Shown here in pieces: positions 52,816-63,998 of a stretch of 64,000 nt of DNA (the first letter of the stretch is position 1; each line of letters opens with the position of its first letter). The translations under genes and the position numbers were made by a program. The notes beneath the pieces were generated by a model. It saw nothing but the letters and a program-made list of their open reading frames with translations, did not search any database and had not been told where the DNA came from. Source of the DNA: Verrucomicrobiota bacterium (lineage in GTDB: Bacteria > Verrucomicrobiota > Verrucomicrobiia > Limisphaerales > UBA11358); contig JBEKKZ010000008.1 in the NCBI GenBank assembly GCA_050010435.1, positions 5,511 through 69,510 on the forward strand, in the 5' to 3' direction.

Positions 52816-54117
52816 ATGACATACTCCGAGGCCATCCAATTTCTCTACGGTCTCCGGCTTTTTGGTGCGAAGTTCGGATTGGAAAACACCTTCAAGCTCG
52901 CCGCGATGGCGGGCAATCCGCAGGATCGGATGCGTTTCATCCATGTCGCCGGCACGAACGGCAAGGGTTCGACCTGCGCTATGCTGGAAAGCATTTACCG
53001 GGCAGCTGGTTTGCGCGTCGGGCTGTTTACTTCGCCACACCTGATCTCATTTCGCGAACGCATTCAGATGAATCGCCAGTTGATTCCGGAAGTCGCAGTT
53101 GTCCGGCTGGTCGGGGAATTGCAGCCATTGCTTGAACAATTTCCGACTGGCCATCACCCGACATTTTTTGAAGTCGTCACCGTGATGGCATTGAAATTTT
53201 TCGCGGAACAAAAATGCGATTTGGTGATTTGGGAAACCGGTTTGGGTGGGCGGCTCGACGCCACGAACATTGTTATGCCGTTGACCGCTGTCATCACGAA
53301 CATCGCCCTGGATCACCAGCAATGGTTGGGCGACACGCTCGAAAAAATCGCCGCCGAAAAAGCGGGCATCATCAAGCCGGGCGTGCCGGTTATCACTGCG
53401 GCGGATGAGCCGGAGGCGCTGGCCGTCATCGAAAAAACGGCGCGGGAGAAGCATGCGCCGCTGATTAAAGTGGGACAGGTTTCCAGCCGGTCATCGGCAG
53501 GCAAGATGCCTGCCCCACACTTGATTGGTGATCATCAGAAATTAAATGCCGCGCTGGCACTGGCCACGGTCGAGGTGTTGCAGGATAAAATTCCAGTGAG
53601 CGATGCAGCCATGCGCAATGGTTTGCAAAACGTCAATTGGCCGGGGCGGTTGCAATTGGTCACGCGCCCGTCCGGACAAAAAATTTTGCTGGACGGCGCG
53701 CACAATGTGGCCGGAGCAAAGGTTCTGCGCCAGGCGTTGGAGAAATATTTCGGCGGAACGAGGCGACTATTGATTCTGGGGGTGCTGCAGGACAAGGATT
53801 GGCGGCACATATGCGAAACGCTCGCGCCACTGGCTGTGCGAATTTCGACCGTTCCGGTTTCCAGCGAACGCACCGCCGACGCGCGCAAACTGGCGGCAGC
53901 CTGCCGTGCAGTGAATTCGACGGCTGAGATTGTCGCCTGTGATTCTTTGCGTGAGGCATTGGAAAAAATTGCAGGCGATGATTTCGTGGTCATCACCGGC
54001 TCGCTTTACCTGGTGGGCGAGGCGCTGGAATCCTTCGGGCTTTCACCGGCAACCAGCGATGAGCGCGCATTGAATGAATGGGGCGCGTGTCCACAGCCGC
54101 TTTACACAACCGGATAG
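52816..54117 (+). CDS. folC: Bifunctional folylpolyglutamate synthase / dihydrofolate synthase
   Basis: ORF trimmed to ATG 52816 (MTYSEAIQFLYGL). HVAGTNGKGST, WETGLGGRLDATN, DGAHN. Confidence 0.92.
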   Translation: MTYSEAIQFLYGLRLFGAKFGLENTFKLAAMAGNPQDRMRFIHVAGTNGKGSTCAMLESIYRAAGLRVGLFTSPHLISFRERIQMNRQLIPEVAVVRLVGELQPLLEQFPTGHHPTFFEVVTVMALKFFAEQKCDLVIWETGLGGRLDATNIVMPLTAVITNIALDHQQWLGDTLEKIAAEKAGIIKPGVPVITAADEPEALAVIEKTAREKHAPLIKVGQVSSRSSAGKMPAPHLIGDHQKLNAALALATVEVLQDKIPVSDAAMRNGLQNVNWPGRLQLVTRPSGQKILLDGAHNVAGAKVLRQALEKYFGGTRRLLILGVLQDKDWRHICETLAPLAVRISTVPVSSERTADARKLAAACRAVNSTAEIVACDSLREALEKIAGDDFVVITGSLYLVGEALESFGLSPATSDERALNEWGACPQPLYTTG

Positions 54118-54351
54118 GATGAGGTCAGGCGCAAAACTGCTGCATCAACCGTTTGTGATGGAACCAACTGCATTATGGGCGTGAATCAGCAGTTCAAGTC
54201 GGAGTCGAAAATTCCGCAAAAAAGGGCAGGTTGATGTAACGGCACTTGAAAATCTGCGCTTCTTATACTTGCAGGGTATTGCAGGGCCGATTTGACGCGA
54301 CAGCCCTCGGGCGATAGACTCCGAGTTTGTGGTTCCCTGAGTACGGGCTTC

Positions 54352-55119
54352 ATGAATTTTTTGATGAAAATCTGGAATTCTTCCCTCGGGAAGAAATACA
54401 TCATGGGCATCAGCGGCTTCGTGCTGGTGTTCTTCATCGTCACGCACATGATGGGAAACTTCCAGATATTCCTCGGCCCCTATTGGATCAACACCTACGG
54501 CCAGTTTCTGCACGAACGCCACGAAATCCTCTGGCCCGCGCGCATCGTCCTGTTCACGCTGGTCGTGCTGCACATCTGGTCGGCATTCAAGTTGCGGGCC
54601 GAGAACCGGGCCGCCCGGCCCGTGGGCTACGCCGGCGCCCCGGCGCCCCTTGCCGCAAGCTATGCCTCGCGCACGATCATGATGAGCGGCATCATCATCG
54701 CGGCCTTCGTCATTTTCCATCTGCTCCACTACGCGCTCGGGGTGCGTGCGGTCAACCTGACGGGCATTGATTTCAGCGCGCTGCGAGATTCCGCAGGCCG
54801 TCCGGACATCTATCTGATGTTGCTGCTTGGTTTCAGCAAATGGCCGGTCGCCGTCTTCTACATCATTGCCGTTGGGCTGCTCTGCCTGCATCTGAGCCAT
54901 GGCATGCGCGCGATGTTCCAGTCGGTCGGCTGGAAATGGACGTTCGGGGGCGTTTCCAAGCTTCCCGACCGGATTGCCCGGTGGTTTGCCGTGGTGATTT
55001 TCATCATATACACGTCGGTACCGGTCGCCGTGATGTGCGGTTTTGGCAGGGCTTACCGGGAGGCCGCCGTCCAGCACCTTGCCGCGAGCGCGGTTTCCGG
55101 AAAGGAGGTTGACCGGTGA
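54352..55119 (+). CDS. sdhC: Succinate dehydrogenase/fumarate reductase cytochrome b subunit (b558 family)
   Basis: ORF trimmed to ATG 54352 ([22 protein letters not shown]). Five hydrophobic helices with conserved His residues. Directly precedes sdhA. Confidence 0.85.
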   Translation: MNFLMKIWNSSLGKKYIMGISGFVLVFFIVTHMMGNFQIFLGPYWINTYGQFLHERHEILWPARIVLFTLVVLHIWSAFKLRAENRAARPVGYAGAPAPLAASYASRTIMMSGIIIAAFVIFHLLHYALGVRAVNLTGIDFSALRDSAGRPDIYLMLLLGFSKWPVAVFYIIAVGLLCLHLSHGMRAMFQSVGWKWTFGGVSKLPDRIARWFAVVIFIIYTSVPVAVMCGFGRAYREAAVQHLAASAVSGKEVDR

Positions 55120-55120
55120 C

Positions 55121-57037
55121 ATGAGTCTCAACGCCAAAATTCCCTCCGGCCCGCTTGCGCAAAAGTGGGACCGCTACAAATCCGACATGAAGCTGGTCAA
55201 CCCCGCCAACAAACGGAAGTTTGACGTGATCGTGGTGGGCACGGGGCTGTCAGGCGCCGCCGCCGCCGCCACGCTGGCCGAACTTGGTTACCCGGTGAAG
55301 GCGTTCTGTTTCCAGGACAGTCCGCGGCGGGCGCACTCCATCGCCGCCCAAGGCGGCATCAACGCAGCGAAGAATTATCAGAACGACGGCGACTCCGTTT
55401 TCCGCCTGTTCCACGACACCCTCAAGGGCGGCGATTTTCGCGCGCGCGAGGCGAACGTTTTCCGGCTCGCCCTGGTGAGCGCCAGCATCATTGACCAGTG
55501 CGCGGCGCAGGGTGTGCCGTTCGCCCGCGAATACGGCGGCACGCTGACGAACCGCTCGTTCGGCGGTGCGCAGGTGTCCCGCACGTTTTACGCGCGCGGC
55601 CAGACCGGCCAGCAGCTTTTGCTCGGCGCTTACCAGGCAATGTGCCGGCAGGTCAGCCTGGGCAACATTCGCATGTATCCCCGCACGGAAATGCTCGACC
55701 TGGTGGTCGTGGATGGCGCGGCCCGGGGCATCGTGGTCCGCAACCTGGTCACCGGCGAAATTTCCCTGCATTCGGCCGATGCCGTGGTGCTGGCGACCGG
55801 CGGTTACGCCAACGTCTTTTTCCTCTCCACGAACGCCATCGGCTGCAATGTAACAGCGACGTATCGTGCCTACAAGCAGGGTGCGTTTTTCGCCAACCCG
55901 TGCTACACGCAAGTTCATCCCACGTGCATCCCCGTCAGTGGCGACCATCAGGCGAAGCTCACGCTCATGTCCGAGTCGCTGCGCAACGACGGTCGGGTCT
56001 GGGTGCCGAAGCGCAAGGAGGATTGTGGCAAGGGGCCGGAGGCGGTCCCCGAACCGGACCGCGATTACTATCTGGAGCGGAAGTACCCGAGCTACGGCAA
56101 CCTCGCGCCGCGCGACATTGCTTCGCGCGCGGCGAAGGAGGTTTGCGATGCCGGGCGCGGGGTCGGCCCCGGCGGGCGGGGTGTTTATCTTGATCTTTCG
56201 AATGCCATCCAACGGCTGGGGGAAGACACCATCCGTGACCGTTACGGCAACCTGTTTGAAATGTATGAACGCATCACCGGCGAAAACGCCTACCGGCAGC
56301 CGATGCGCATTTACCCGGCCGTGCATTACACGATGGGCGGCACCTGGGTGGATTACGGTTTGATGAGCACGCTGCCGGGCTTGTTCATTATCGGCGAGGC
56401 GAATTTCTCCGACCACGGCGCCAACCGGCTCGGGGCGAGCGGGCTGATGCAGGGATTGGCCGACGGCTATTTCATTTTGCCTTACACGATCGGGCATTAT
56501 TTTGCCTCGACGAAGCCGGAAAAAATCCCGGTGAGCCATGCCGAATTCAAAAAGGCGGAGGAAGGCGTGCGCCAGTTCACGCGGCGGCTTTTGTCCATCA
56601 ACGGCAAACGCAGCGCGACGAACTTCCACAAGGAACTCGGCCGGCTGATGTGGGAAAACTGCGGCATGGCGCGCACCCGTCAGAGCCTGGAGACCAACCT
56701 CAAACGCATCCCGGAATTGCGCGAAGAATTTTGGAAAAACGTCAAGGTGACGGGTTCAGGCGAAGAGTTGAATCAGAACCTCGAGCACGCCGGCCGCGTG
56801 GCGGACTTCCTTGAATTTGCCGAATTATTGTGTCTGGACGCGCTGCACCGCGAGGAATCCTGCGGCGGCCATTTCCGCGTGGAGCATCAAACCGAGGACG
56901 GCGAGGCCAAACGCGACGATGCGAACTTTGCCTATGTAGCCGCGTGGGAATTCAAAGGAGCGGACAGGAAACCGGAGTTGCACAAGGAACCGCTGGGGTA
57001 CGAGGAAGTTCACATGGCGACGCGTAGTTACAAATGA
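55121..57037 (+). CDS. sdhA: Succinate dehydrogenase/fumarate reductase flavoprotein subunit
   Basis: ATG 55121, preceded by AAAGGAGG (55101-55108). [43 protein letters not shown]. Confidence 0.96.
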   Translation: MSLNAKIPSGPLAQKWDRYKSDMKLVNPANKRKFDVIVVGTGLSGAAAAATLAELGYPVKAFCFQDSPRRAHSIAAQGGINAAKNYQNDGDSVFRLFHDTLKGGDFRAREANVFRLALVSASIIDQCAAQGVPFAREYGGTLTNRSFGGAQVSRTFYARGQTGQQLLLGAYQAMCRQVSLGNIRMYPRTEMLDLVVVDGAARGIVVRNLVTGEISLHSADAVVLATGGYANVFFLSTNAIGCNVTATYRAYKQGAFFANPCYTQVHPTCIPVSGDHQAKLTLMSESLRNDGRVWVPKRKEDCGKGPEAVPEPDRDYYLERKYPSYGNLAPRDIASRAAKEVCDAGRGVGPGGRGVYLDLSNAIQRLGEDTIRDRYGNLFEMYERITGENAYRQPMRIYPAVHYTMGGTWVDYGLMSTLPGLFIIGEANFSDHGANRLGASGLMQGLADGYFILPYTIGHYFASTKPEKIPVSHAEFKKAEEGVRQFTRRLLSINGKRSATNFHKELGRLMWENCGMARTRQSLETNLKRIPELREEFWKNVKVTGSGEELNQNLEHAGRVADFLEFAELLCLDALHREESCGGHFRVEHQTEDGEAKRDDANFAYVAAWEFKGADRKPELHKEPLGYEEVHMATRSYK

Positions 57038-57810
57038 ACCTCACACTCAAAATCTGGCGGCAGAAGAACGCGGCGTCACCCGGATGCTTCGAGATGCACG
57101 AGGCGCGCGACGTCAGCCCGGACATGTCGTTCCTCGAAATGCTCGACATGGTCAACGAGCGCATCATCGCCGGAGGCCAGGAACCGTTTGTGTTCGACAG
57201 CGATTGCCGCGAAGGCATCTGCGGCACGTGTTCATTGGTCATCAACGGCATCCCGCATGGCGGTCGCAAAGGCACGACCGTCTGCCAGCTTCACCTGCGG
57301 CATTTCAAGGACGGCCAGACCGTCACCATCGAACCCTGGCGCGCGCGGGCGTTCCCGATTGTGAAAGACCTGATCGTGGATCGCGCCGCGTTCGATCGCA
57401 TTATGCAGGCAGGCGGTTTCATTTCGGTGAACACCGGCAATGCGCCGGAAGCCAATGCGCTCCCGGTGTCGAAGGAGATTGCCGACCTGGCAATGGATGC
57501 GGCCGCGTGCATTGGTTGCGGCGCGTGCGTAGCCGTCTGCAAAAACGCCAGCGCGATGCTTTTTGTTGCGGCAAAGGTTTCCCACCTCAATTACCTCCCG
57601 CAGGGCCAGGCCGAAAAGGATCGCCGGGTCAAAAACATGGTGTTGCAAATGGACAAGGAAGGGTTCGGCAACTGCACCGTCACCGGCTCGTGCGAAGCCG
57701 TTTGCCCGAAGGAAATCAGCCTCGACTTCATTGCCAAGATGAACCGCGACTACGCTGTGGCCGTGGTCAAGGGTGAACTCAAAAAAAACACTGACGGTGG
57801 AGTAGGTTAG
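57034..57810 (+). CDS. sdhB: Succinate dehydrogenase/fumarate reductase iron-sulfur subunit
   Basis: [10 protein letters not shown] (2Fe-2S), [11 protein letters not shown] and [12 protein letters not shown] clusters. Overlaps the sdhA stop. Confidence 0.95.
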   Translation: MNLTLKIWRQKNAASPGCFEMHEARDVSPDMSFLEMLDMVNERIIAGGQEPFVFDSDCREGICGTCSLVINGIPHGGRKGTTVCQLHLRHFKDGQTVTIEPWRARAFPIVKDLIVDRAAFDRIMQAGGFISVNTGNAPEANALPVSKEIADLAMDAAACIGCGACVAVCKNASAMLFVAAKVSHLNYLPQGQAEKDRRVKNMVLQMDKEGFGNCTVTGSCEAVCPKEISLDFIAKMNRDYAVAVVKGELKKNTDGGVG

Positions 57811-57848
57811 CCGCCCGTTAAAAAACGTCCTCTCTCGTAGCAGCCGAG

Positions 57849-57963
57849 GTAACGAGGCTCACCATTTCAGATTTACGATATACGATTTACGCAATATGCC
57901 TGGATGGTGGCAAGACTCGTCAATCGTAAATCCCATATCGTAAATAAATCAGAGCCTCCTCAC
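57849..57963 (+). repeat. ~115-bp MITE/REP-like element, copy 2
   Basis: gtaacgaggctc ... atttacgatatacgatttacg ... cgtaaatcccatatcgtaaat ... gagcctcctcac. Same orientation as 43407-43522. Confidence 0.75.
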
Positions 57964-58023
57964 CAATCTTCGCACCAAGTGCTGCGACCCGGCAGGCGTT
58001 GGCTGCGACTCTTTGACGGGCTG

Positions 58024-58236
58024 CTATACGGCGAAGCCTTCCCGCTCGGCTTCCATCGTTGCCACCAGGTCCTTTTCAGCCAACACCCAATTTTCCAGTG
58101 TCAACGGATGATCCGGCAGTTTGTCGCGATACAGGCGATACGCATGTTCGCGCACCATGCTCTTGGTGACACCCGGAGTGAACGGGCTGGGTTGTTCCAT
58201 GATTTTTGCTGTTTGGCTTTTTGTCTTCATAGGCAA
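58024..58236 (-). CDS. DUF2934-like small protein
   Basis: REHAYRLYRDKLPDHPLTLENWVLAEKDL matches the DUF2934 pattern (R.RAY..W...G...G....DW..AE). Confidence 0.6.
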   Translation of the reverse strand: MPMKTKSQTAKIMEQPSPFTPGVTKSMVREHAYRLYRDKLPDHPLTLENWVLAEKDLVATMEAEREGFAV

Positions 58237-58327
58237 CTCCTCGCCTCTGATTTAAAATAAGCCTCCCCGCCGGCTCTGCAAGTGGACCCGACATCAAGGT
58301 AAAGTTGGAACCGTCGTTCGGGCACAA

Positions 58328-59863
58328 TCAATAGACCGGGCGGTTTCGGGCGATTCCCTGAATCATCTCCTCGGCGTGCGCGCGAAGTTTCGCGTCCACG
58401 TTGGGCAGCAGCAGCGGTTGCAGGGTGTGGCGCGCGGCGTCGAGGTTGTGGTTTCGCAGTTGCACCTGTGCCAGCGAAAACAGATACGACGGGTTTTCGG
58501 GTTCCAGTTGGATGGCACGTTGCAGGTGTTGTTCCGCCAACGCGAGGTTTTCGCCCTGGACCATCTCGAAGAAGCCCAATAGTTCATGAGCCGGTCCGAA
58601 GTCCGGCATCAGCGCGAGGGATTTCCGGAGTTCACCGCGGATTTCCGCCGCCGCCTCGTTTTTGAGCGGGGCATACCGGTCCTGCGCATCCGCCGTGAGC
58701 CGGTATTTCTCCCGGGCATGGACATAATAGGCCAGGAAGCTGGTCGAACCGCGCTGGAGCGCCTCCTGTAAATCGCGCAAGGCTTCATCGTGCTGTTTCC
58801 GCTCGGTGGCGAGCAGACCCAATCCCTCGTAAGGCAGGGGACTGGCGGACGCGAGTTTTTGCGCCTGCGTAAAATACAGTTCAGCGGTGTCGGGACGGTT
58901 AATCCGGAGCAGTTCGTCGCCCAGGCGAAAATAATTTTCCACGGGGGTGATGGGCCGCGTGGTCAGGGTTATGGGTGAGGAGATATCCGCCGCCAGCACC
59001 AGTTCAATGGGGGTAAACCGGCCCTGCCGGAGGTAGCGGCGGAGTTCAGCTTCCACCGCTGGCAAGGTGGTCTGCATCGCGTTGGTGAAGGCCTGTTCTG
59101 GAAACTGGCCTTGGCGGAGGAGATCCATGAACTGTCCGAAACAGGCCTTGTAGGCGGGGTTGTCGCCCGCCATCAGGAAATGCGTGAGCAGCCACGATTC
59201 GGCATAGAAGATTCCCTGCCGTTCGCGCTCATTGTATTGGGGCGAGTCGTGAGTGATGGCAAACAGCTCGGCCAGCGGCAGCAGGGGTTGTTGCGCCAGC
59301 AGGCGCAAATGATGGCCGATCGGGTCGCCGATGCGGGCGTTGTAGCCGGTCGTTTCGAAGGTGGAATAGACTTCGGCCATTCCCTCCTTGAGCCAGAGCG
59401 GCCAGACGCGGTCGTTATGCCGGAACAGCAGATGGGTGTATTCGTGAAAGATGACTTCCATGTCGGTGTAGGCCGAATTGGTGCCGGGCAGGGCAAGCAC
59501 GATCAGGTTTTCGTCGCTGCCGCGCTGGAAGAAGGCCGCCAGATTGGCGGGCTGGCCCTGGTAAAGCGGCAGGAACGGCTTCATCGTTTCGTGGTCGGGA
59601 AAAGCCATCACCACAATCGGCGGGGAGGCCACCGCCTGCGCCCCGGCCAAGAGGGTGTAAGCCTGGCAAAACTGCTCCAGGCGCGCGGAGAGTTTGTAAA
59701 CATCCTGGGGCGCACCGCAACTGTAGATGTTGAAATGCGCGGTGCGCGTCTCGAACCAGCGCCTTTGCACGAGCGGAACGTCATTCGATTGGGCAGGGGC
59801 GGTGCAAATCCCCAACTCCAAAAGCGCGGCTAAAACCAAAAGCGGGCAACGGATCATAGACAA
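58328..59863 (-). CDS. Secreted DUF1570/MA-clan peptidase-like protein with C-terminal TPR repeats
   Basis: Signal peptide MSMIRCPLLVLAALLELGICTAPAQS. HExxH in VIFHEYTHLLF, followed by WLKEGMAEVY. TPR-like C-terminal half. Confidence 0.7.
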   Translation of the reverse strand: MSMIRCPLLVLAALLELGICTAPAQSNDVPLVQRRWFETRTAHFNIYSCGAPQDVYKLSARLEQFCQAYTLLAGAQAVASPPIVVMAFPDHETMKPFLPLYQGQPANLAAFFQRGSDENLIVLALPGTNSAYTDMEVIFHEYTHLLFRHNDRVWPLWLKEGMAEVYSTFETTGYNARIGDPIGHHLRLLAQQPLLPLAELFAITHDSPQYNERERQGIFYAESWLLTHFLMAGDNPAYKACFGQFMDLLRQGQFPEQAFTNAMQTTLPAVEAELRRYLRQGRFTPIELVLAADISSPITLTTRPITPVENYFRLGDELLRINRPDTAELYFTQAQKLASASPLPYEGLGLLATERKQHDEALRDLQEALQRGSTSFLAYYVHAREKYRLTADAQDRYAPLKNEAAAEIRGELRKSLALMPDFGPAHELLGFFEMVQGENLALAEQHLQRAIQLEPENPSYLFSLAQVQLRNHNLDAARHTLQPLLLPNVDAKLRAHAEEMIQGIARNRPVY

Positions 59864-59940
59864 ATTGACTCTAAGGGATCATTGAAGAAATGTCACTTGG
59901 CGACAAATGGAACTTGGCTGGCTTGAGTGTTTTGCCCTCC

Positions 59941-60089
59941 GCTTGGAATGGCTGGCTTGCCGGGTCGTAGCTCGCAGCGGTGTTGGATGTCATCTGTCAT
60001 GCCCGCCTGCGCGCTATCGCGCTTCGGCGCGGCAGTCTTTGCTCTCCGCTCTGGAAAGACTTGGCTCGCCGAGCCGTAGCTCGCAGCGG
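59941..60089. repeat. Two ~38-bp direct repeats ending in cgtagctcgcagcgg, next to tRNA-Val
   Basis: cgtagctcgcagcgg occurs at 59966-59980 and 60075-60089 with similar upstream context. A related ccgtagcgtgcaacgcgaagg lies beside tRNA-Met at ~34610. Confidence 0.6.
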
Positions 60090-60105
60090 AGCGAAGGGCG
60101 AAGGA

Positions 60106-60181
60106 TGGTGCGCGGTACAAGACTTGAACTTGTGACCCCTACCGTGTCGAGGTAGTGCTCTGCCAACTGAGCTAACCGCGC
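60106..60181 (-). tRNA. tRNA-Val (anticodon GAC)
   Basis: The reverse complement folds manually. Acceptor GCGCGGT/ACCGCGC, D arm GCTC/GAGC, anticodon arm CTACC-TCGACAC-GGTAG, T arm ACAAG-TTCAAGT-CTTGT, encoded CCA. Confidence 0.92.
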
Positions 60182-60340
60182 GCTAAAAAATTAAAACTGG
60201 CAGTCCCGCCGCGTCTTGGCAAGCGTGAATTGGCTGGACAGCTTTTCATTTAAGTGCAGAATTTTCAAACAATTCTGCAAAAGACGTATGGCGTTTCGGC
60301 GGACGAATCTGTTACATTGCCAGTCTTTAAACAAAGCATA

Positions 60341-61603
60341 ATGAATAAATATTTGTCACTGGGGAAATTTTCATTTGGCATGGGCGACCGTTTTGCGCAT
60401 CAGGGCAAGGCCCAACTGAGCGCGTGTGTCTTGGCCACCAAACTCGGCGCGGACATCGTACCCGTCTGGAACAAATCGAACCGCGAACACACGCTCATCG
60501 GCACCGAACCGTCCAGTTCGCGCGCCGAGGCGGATGCGACGGTGAAGGCGCTCGGTTGGAAAAAACCGTATCACGTGGACGCCGACCACATCCGGCTCGA
60601 AACCGTGGATCGTTTCATCGCGCCTTCGGATTTCTTCACGATTGACGTGGCCGACTCGATTGGCAAACCCGCCGATCCCAAAAGCGTGAAGGCGTTTGTC
60701 GATCATCACCCCGAACTGCTAGGCAAGATTGTCATCCCGCAGATTGACCGCCCGTTCGAAACGACGCGCGCTGAAATTGAACGCGTTGCCAACAAGTTTT
60801 TGCTCGCCGTGCAGGACGTCGGGAAAATTTATCGCCACATCGCCCAGGCCAAAGGCGAGGCCAACTTCGTCACGGAAGTTTCGATGGATGAAACCGACAG
60901 TCCGCAAACACCGCCGGAACTGCTCATCATTCTCGCGGCGCTCGCCGATGAAAAAATTCCGATACAAACCATCGCGCCGAAATTCACCGGTCGTTTCAAC
61001 AAGGGCGTGGATTACGTCGGCGATTTGAAACAGTTCGAGCAGGAATTCAACGAAGACCTCGCTGTCATCGCGTTTGCCATCAAGAAATACGGCCTGCCGG
61101 CCTCGCTCAAACTCAGCGTCCATTCCGGCAGCGACAAGTTTTCCATTTGCGCGCCGATCCGCCGCGCATTAAAAAAATTCAACGCCGGCCTGCACCTTAA
61201 GACGGCCGGCACGACATGGCTTGAAGAAGTCATCGGCCTCGCCGAAGCGGGCGGTGATGGCCTCGCGCTGGCGAAGGAAATTTATTCCGATGCGCTTGAT
61301 CACGTGGACGAACTTTGCGCGCCGTACGCAACGGTCATTGACATTGACCGCAAGCAACTGCCGACGAAGGAGACCGTCAATGGCTGGGCTTCCGGACAAT
61401 TTGTTTCCGCGCTCCGGCACGATCCGAAAAACAAGGCTTTCAATTCAAGCTTCCGGCAATTGATCCACGTCGGTTTCAAAATCGCCGCGAAGAAAGGCGA
61501 CCGTTATCTCAACGCGCTCAAGAAGCATGAAGCTGTCATCGCCAAAAACGTCACTGAAAATCTGTTCGAGCGGCACATGAAACCGCTGCTGCTCGGCCAA
61601 TAG
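60341..61603 (+). CDS. uxaE: Tagaturonate/fructuronate epimerase (UxaE family)
   Basis: ORF 60254..61603 (GTG) trimmed to ATG 60341. Matches remembered UxaE blocks: VDADH, EVSMDETDSPQTP, NKGVDYVGDLKQFEQEF, SVHSGSDKFS, HLKTAGTTWLE. Adjacent to uxaC. Confidence 0.8.
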   Translation: MNKYLSLGKFSFGMGDRFAHQGKAQLSACVLATKLGADIVPVWNKSNREHTLIGTEPSSSRAEADATVKALGWKKPYHVDADHIRLETVDRFIAPSDFFTIDVADSIGKPADPKSVKAFVDHHPELLGKIVIPQIDRPFETTRAEIERVANKFLLAVQDVGKIYRHIAQAKGEANFVTEVSMDETDSPQTPPELLIILAALADEKIPIQTIAPKFTGRFNKGVDYVGDLKQFEQEFNEDLAVIAFAIKKYGLPASLKLSVHSGSDKFSICAPIRRALKKFNAGLHLKTAGTTWLEEVIGLAEAGGDGLALAKEIYSDALDHVDELCAPYATVIDIDRKQLPTKETVNGWASGQFVSALRHDPKNKAFNSSFRQLIHVGFKIAAKKGDRYLNALKKHEAVIAKNVTENLFERHMKPLLLGQ

Positions 61604-61612
61604 CCCTGTTTT

Positions 61613-63061
61613 ATGCCATTCATCCACGAAGATTTTTTGTTGAGCACCAAGACGGCCTGCAAGCTTTACCACAAATACGCCGAGGCCGAGCCAATTTTCG
61701 ACTATCACTGCCACATTTCACCGCGCGACATCGCCGCCAACCGCCAGTTCGAAAACCTTTTTGAAATCTGGCTGGAAGGCGACCATTACAAATGGCGGGC
61801 CATGCGGGCCAACGGCGTGGCGGAACGTTTTTGCACGGGCAACGCCGATCCGTTTGACAAGTTCAAGGCTTGGGCGGCGACCGTGCCGCACACGCTCCGC
61901 AACCCGCTCTATCAGTGGACCCATCTGGAACTGAAGCGTTATTTCGGCATCATCGATCTGCTCGACGAAAAAACCACCGACAAAATCTGGAAAAAGGCGA
62001 ACGAAAAACTGGCCACCCCCGAACTGACCACGCAGGGCATACTGAAGAAATTCAAAGTCAAGGTCGTTTGCACCACGGACGATCCGGTGGACAATCTGGA
62101 ACATCACCGCGCGTTCGCGTCACAGGGCCATCCGACGAAAATGTTGCCTGCGTTCCGGCCCGACGAGGCGCTGACGGTCAATCAGCCCGCCAGTTTCAAC
62201 CAGTGGGTGGAACAGCTTGCCGCTGCCAGCAACGTGGACATCAACGGCTTTTCCGCGTTCGTCACCGCGCTGCGAAAGCGTCACGACTTTTTCCATTCAC
62301 AAGGCTGCCGTTTGTCCGATCACGGCATGAACCATTGTTTTGCCGACTTTTGTTCCGAGAAGGTTGCCGCCGAAATTTTTGCCAAGGCGCGACGCGGCGA
62401 AGCGGTTTCACCGCCGGAGCACGGACAATTCACCTCGTTCATGATGCTTTTTTTCGGCCGGCTCGACGCAAAACGCGGTTGGACGAAACAGCTTCACATC
62501 GGCGCGCTGCGCAACGCCAACACCCGCCTGCTCAAACAGCTCGGCCCGGACACCGGCTTCGATTCCATCGGTGACCGGCCGCAATGCTCCGCCCTCGCGG
62601 CTTACCTCGACCAGCTCGACCAGGAAAATGCGCTCCCGAAAACCATCATTTACAACGTGAACCCGGCGGACAATTACGCCTTTGCCGCGATGATCGGGAA
62701 TTTCCAGGACGGCACGATCCCGGGCAAACTTCAGTTCGGCTCCGGCTGGTGGTTTTTGGACCAAATGGAGGGCATGGAGTGGCAGATGAACGCGCTGTCA
62801 AACCTCGGCCTGCTCTCGCGCTTTGTCGGCATGATCACCGACTCGCGCTCGTTCATGTCGTATCCGCGCCATGAATATTTCCGGCGCACGCTCTGTAATT
62901 TGATCGGTCGCGACATGGAAAGCGGCCTGATTCCCAACGATGAAAAACTGGTCGGGATGATGATTCGCAACATCTGCTATGCCAACGCCAAACAGTACAT
63001 GGCTTTTCCGATGGGTGAGACCACTGCCGGCCGCCGGCGGTTTCCGGTGCGGGCGAAGTAA
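61613..63061 (+). CDS. uxaC: Glucuronate isomerase
   Basis: MPFIHEDFLL, IFDYHCHISPRDIA, GDHYKWRAMRANGV, QLHIGALRN, SRSFMSYPRHEYFRR. Confidence 0.95.
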   Translation: MPFIHEDFLLSTKTACKLYHKYAEAEPIFDYHCHISPRDIAANRQFENLFEIWLEGDHYKWRAMRANGVAERFCTGNADPFDKFKAWAATVPHTLRNPLYQWTHLELKRYFGIIDLLDEKTTDKIWKKANEKLATPELTTQGILKKFKVKVVCTTDDPVDNLEHHRAFASQGHPTKMLPAFRPDEALTVNQPASFNQWVEQLAAASNVDINGFSAFVTALRKRHDFFHSQGCRLSDHGMNHCFADFCSEKVAAEIFAKARRGEAVSPPEHGQFTSFMMLFFGRLDAKRGWTKQLHIGALRNANTRLLKQLGPDTGFDSIGDRPQCSALAAYLDQLDQENALPKTIIYNVNPADNYAFAAMIGNFQDGTIPGKLQFGSGWWFLDQMEGMEWQMNALSNLGLLSRFVGMITDSRSFMSYPRHEYFRRTLCNLIGRDMESGLIPNDEKLVGMMIRNICYANAKQYMAFPMGETTAGRRRFPVRAK

Positions 63062-63224
63062 TTCGCGATCAAGGCACAACGCTGTCGCGGAATTGTGCCG
63101 TCAGGACGTGGCTCTTTTAACTTTGAGTGAGGGCAACCAACAGTTGCCAGAAGGGAAAAGTTTCGCCTGCGGCCCCCAATCTGAACGCGCCTGATCGGCA
63201 TGGGCACTGTTGTAAACGGGCAGG

Positions 63225-63998
63225 TCATTTCGGGCTTCTTTTCCGGTAGTCGCCGCGGCTGAAATACTTTTCCAGCCAGATATAAAGGCAGATGAAAAGG
63301 TAACGGCTGCCCATCTCGCGCATCATCAGCTTCGCCTCGCCGGTGCGCCGGTTGCGCCAGGTGACGGGAATGACGGCCCATGAAAATCCGCGCACGATGG
63401 CCTTGAGCGGCAGTTCAACGGTGAGATTGAAGTGGGGCGAGATCAGCGGGCGACACCCGTCAATCACTTCGCGCCGGTAGGCTTTAAAAGCGTTGGTCGT
63501 GTCGTTCAGGCGGATGGCAAAGAGGATTTTGAGAAAGAAGTTGGCAATACGATTGATGACCAGCTTGATTTTGGGATAGTCAACCGTGCCGCCGCCCTTG
63601 ACAAAGCGGCTGCCGAATACACAGTCCCAGCCCTTGTTCAGTTCTTCCCAGTAGCGCACCACGTCGCGGCAATCATCGGATTCGTCCGCCATCATGATGA
63701 CCACGGCGTCGCCCTTCATGTGGTCGAGACCACGGACGACCGCGCGACCGAAGCCGTGCAGGTCTTCGTTTTTCACCGGAACCAGCTCGGGAAGTTTGGC
63801 TTTGATCCGGGCAAGCAGTTCCCAGGTTCGATCGGTGCTGCCATCGTCAACGACGATAATCTCGTGCGGCACGTTATGCAGCCGCAGTTCCAAATGAAGG
63901 TGCTCCACCGTGGAACAGATGCAGCCTTCCTCGTTGCGCGCCGGAATGACCACCGATAGTAACGAAAGCGGGCGGGATGGGGGAGTCGGATCACTCAT
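63225..63998 (-). CDS. Family-2 glycosyltransferase (polyprenol-phosphate sugar transferase-like)
   Basis: LSVVIPARNEE, IIVVDDGSTDRT, VVIMMADESDD (DxD-type). C-terminal hydrophobic segment. Confidence 0.85.
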   Translation of the reverse strand: MSDPTPPSRPLSLLSVVIPARNEEGCICSTVEHLHLELRLHNVPHEIIVVDDGSTDRTWELLARIKAKLPELVPVKNEDLHGFGRAVVRGLDHMKGDAVVIMMADESDDCRDVVRYWEELNKGWDCVFGSRFVKGGGTVDYPKIKLVINRIANFFLKILFAIRLNDTTNAFKAYRREVIDGCRPLISPHFNLTVELPLKAIVRGFSWAVIPVTWRNRRTGEAKLMMREMGSRYLFICLYIWLEKYFSRGDYRKRSPK

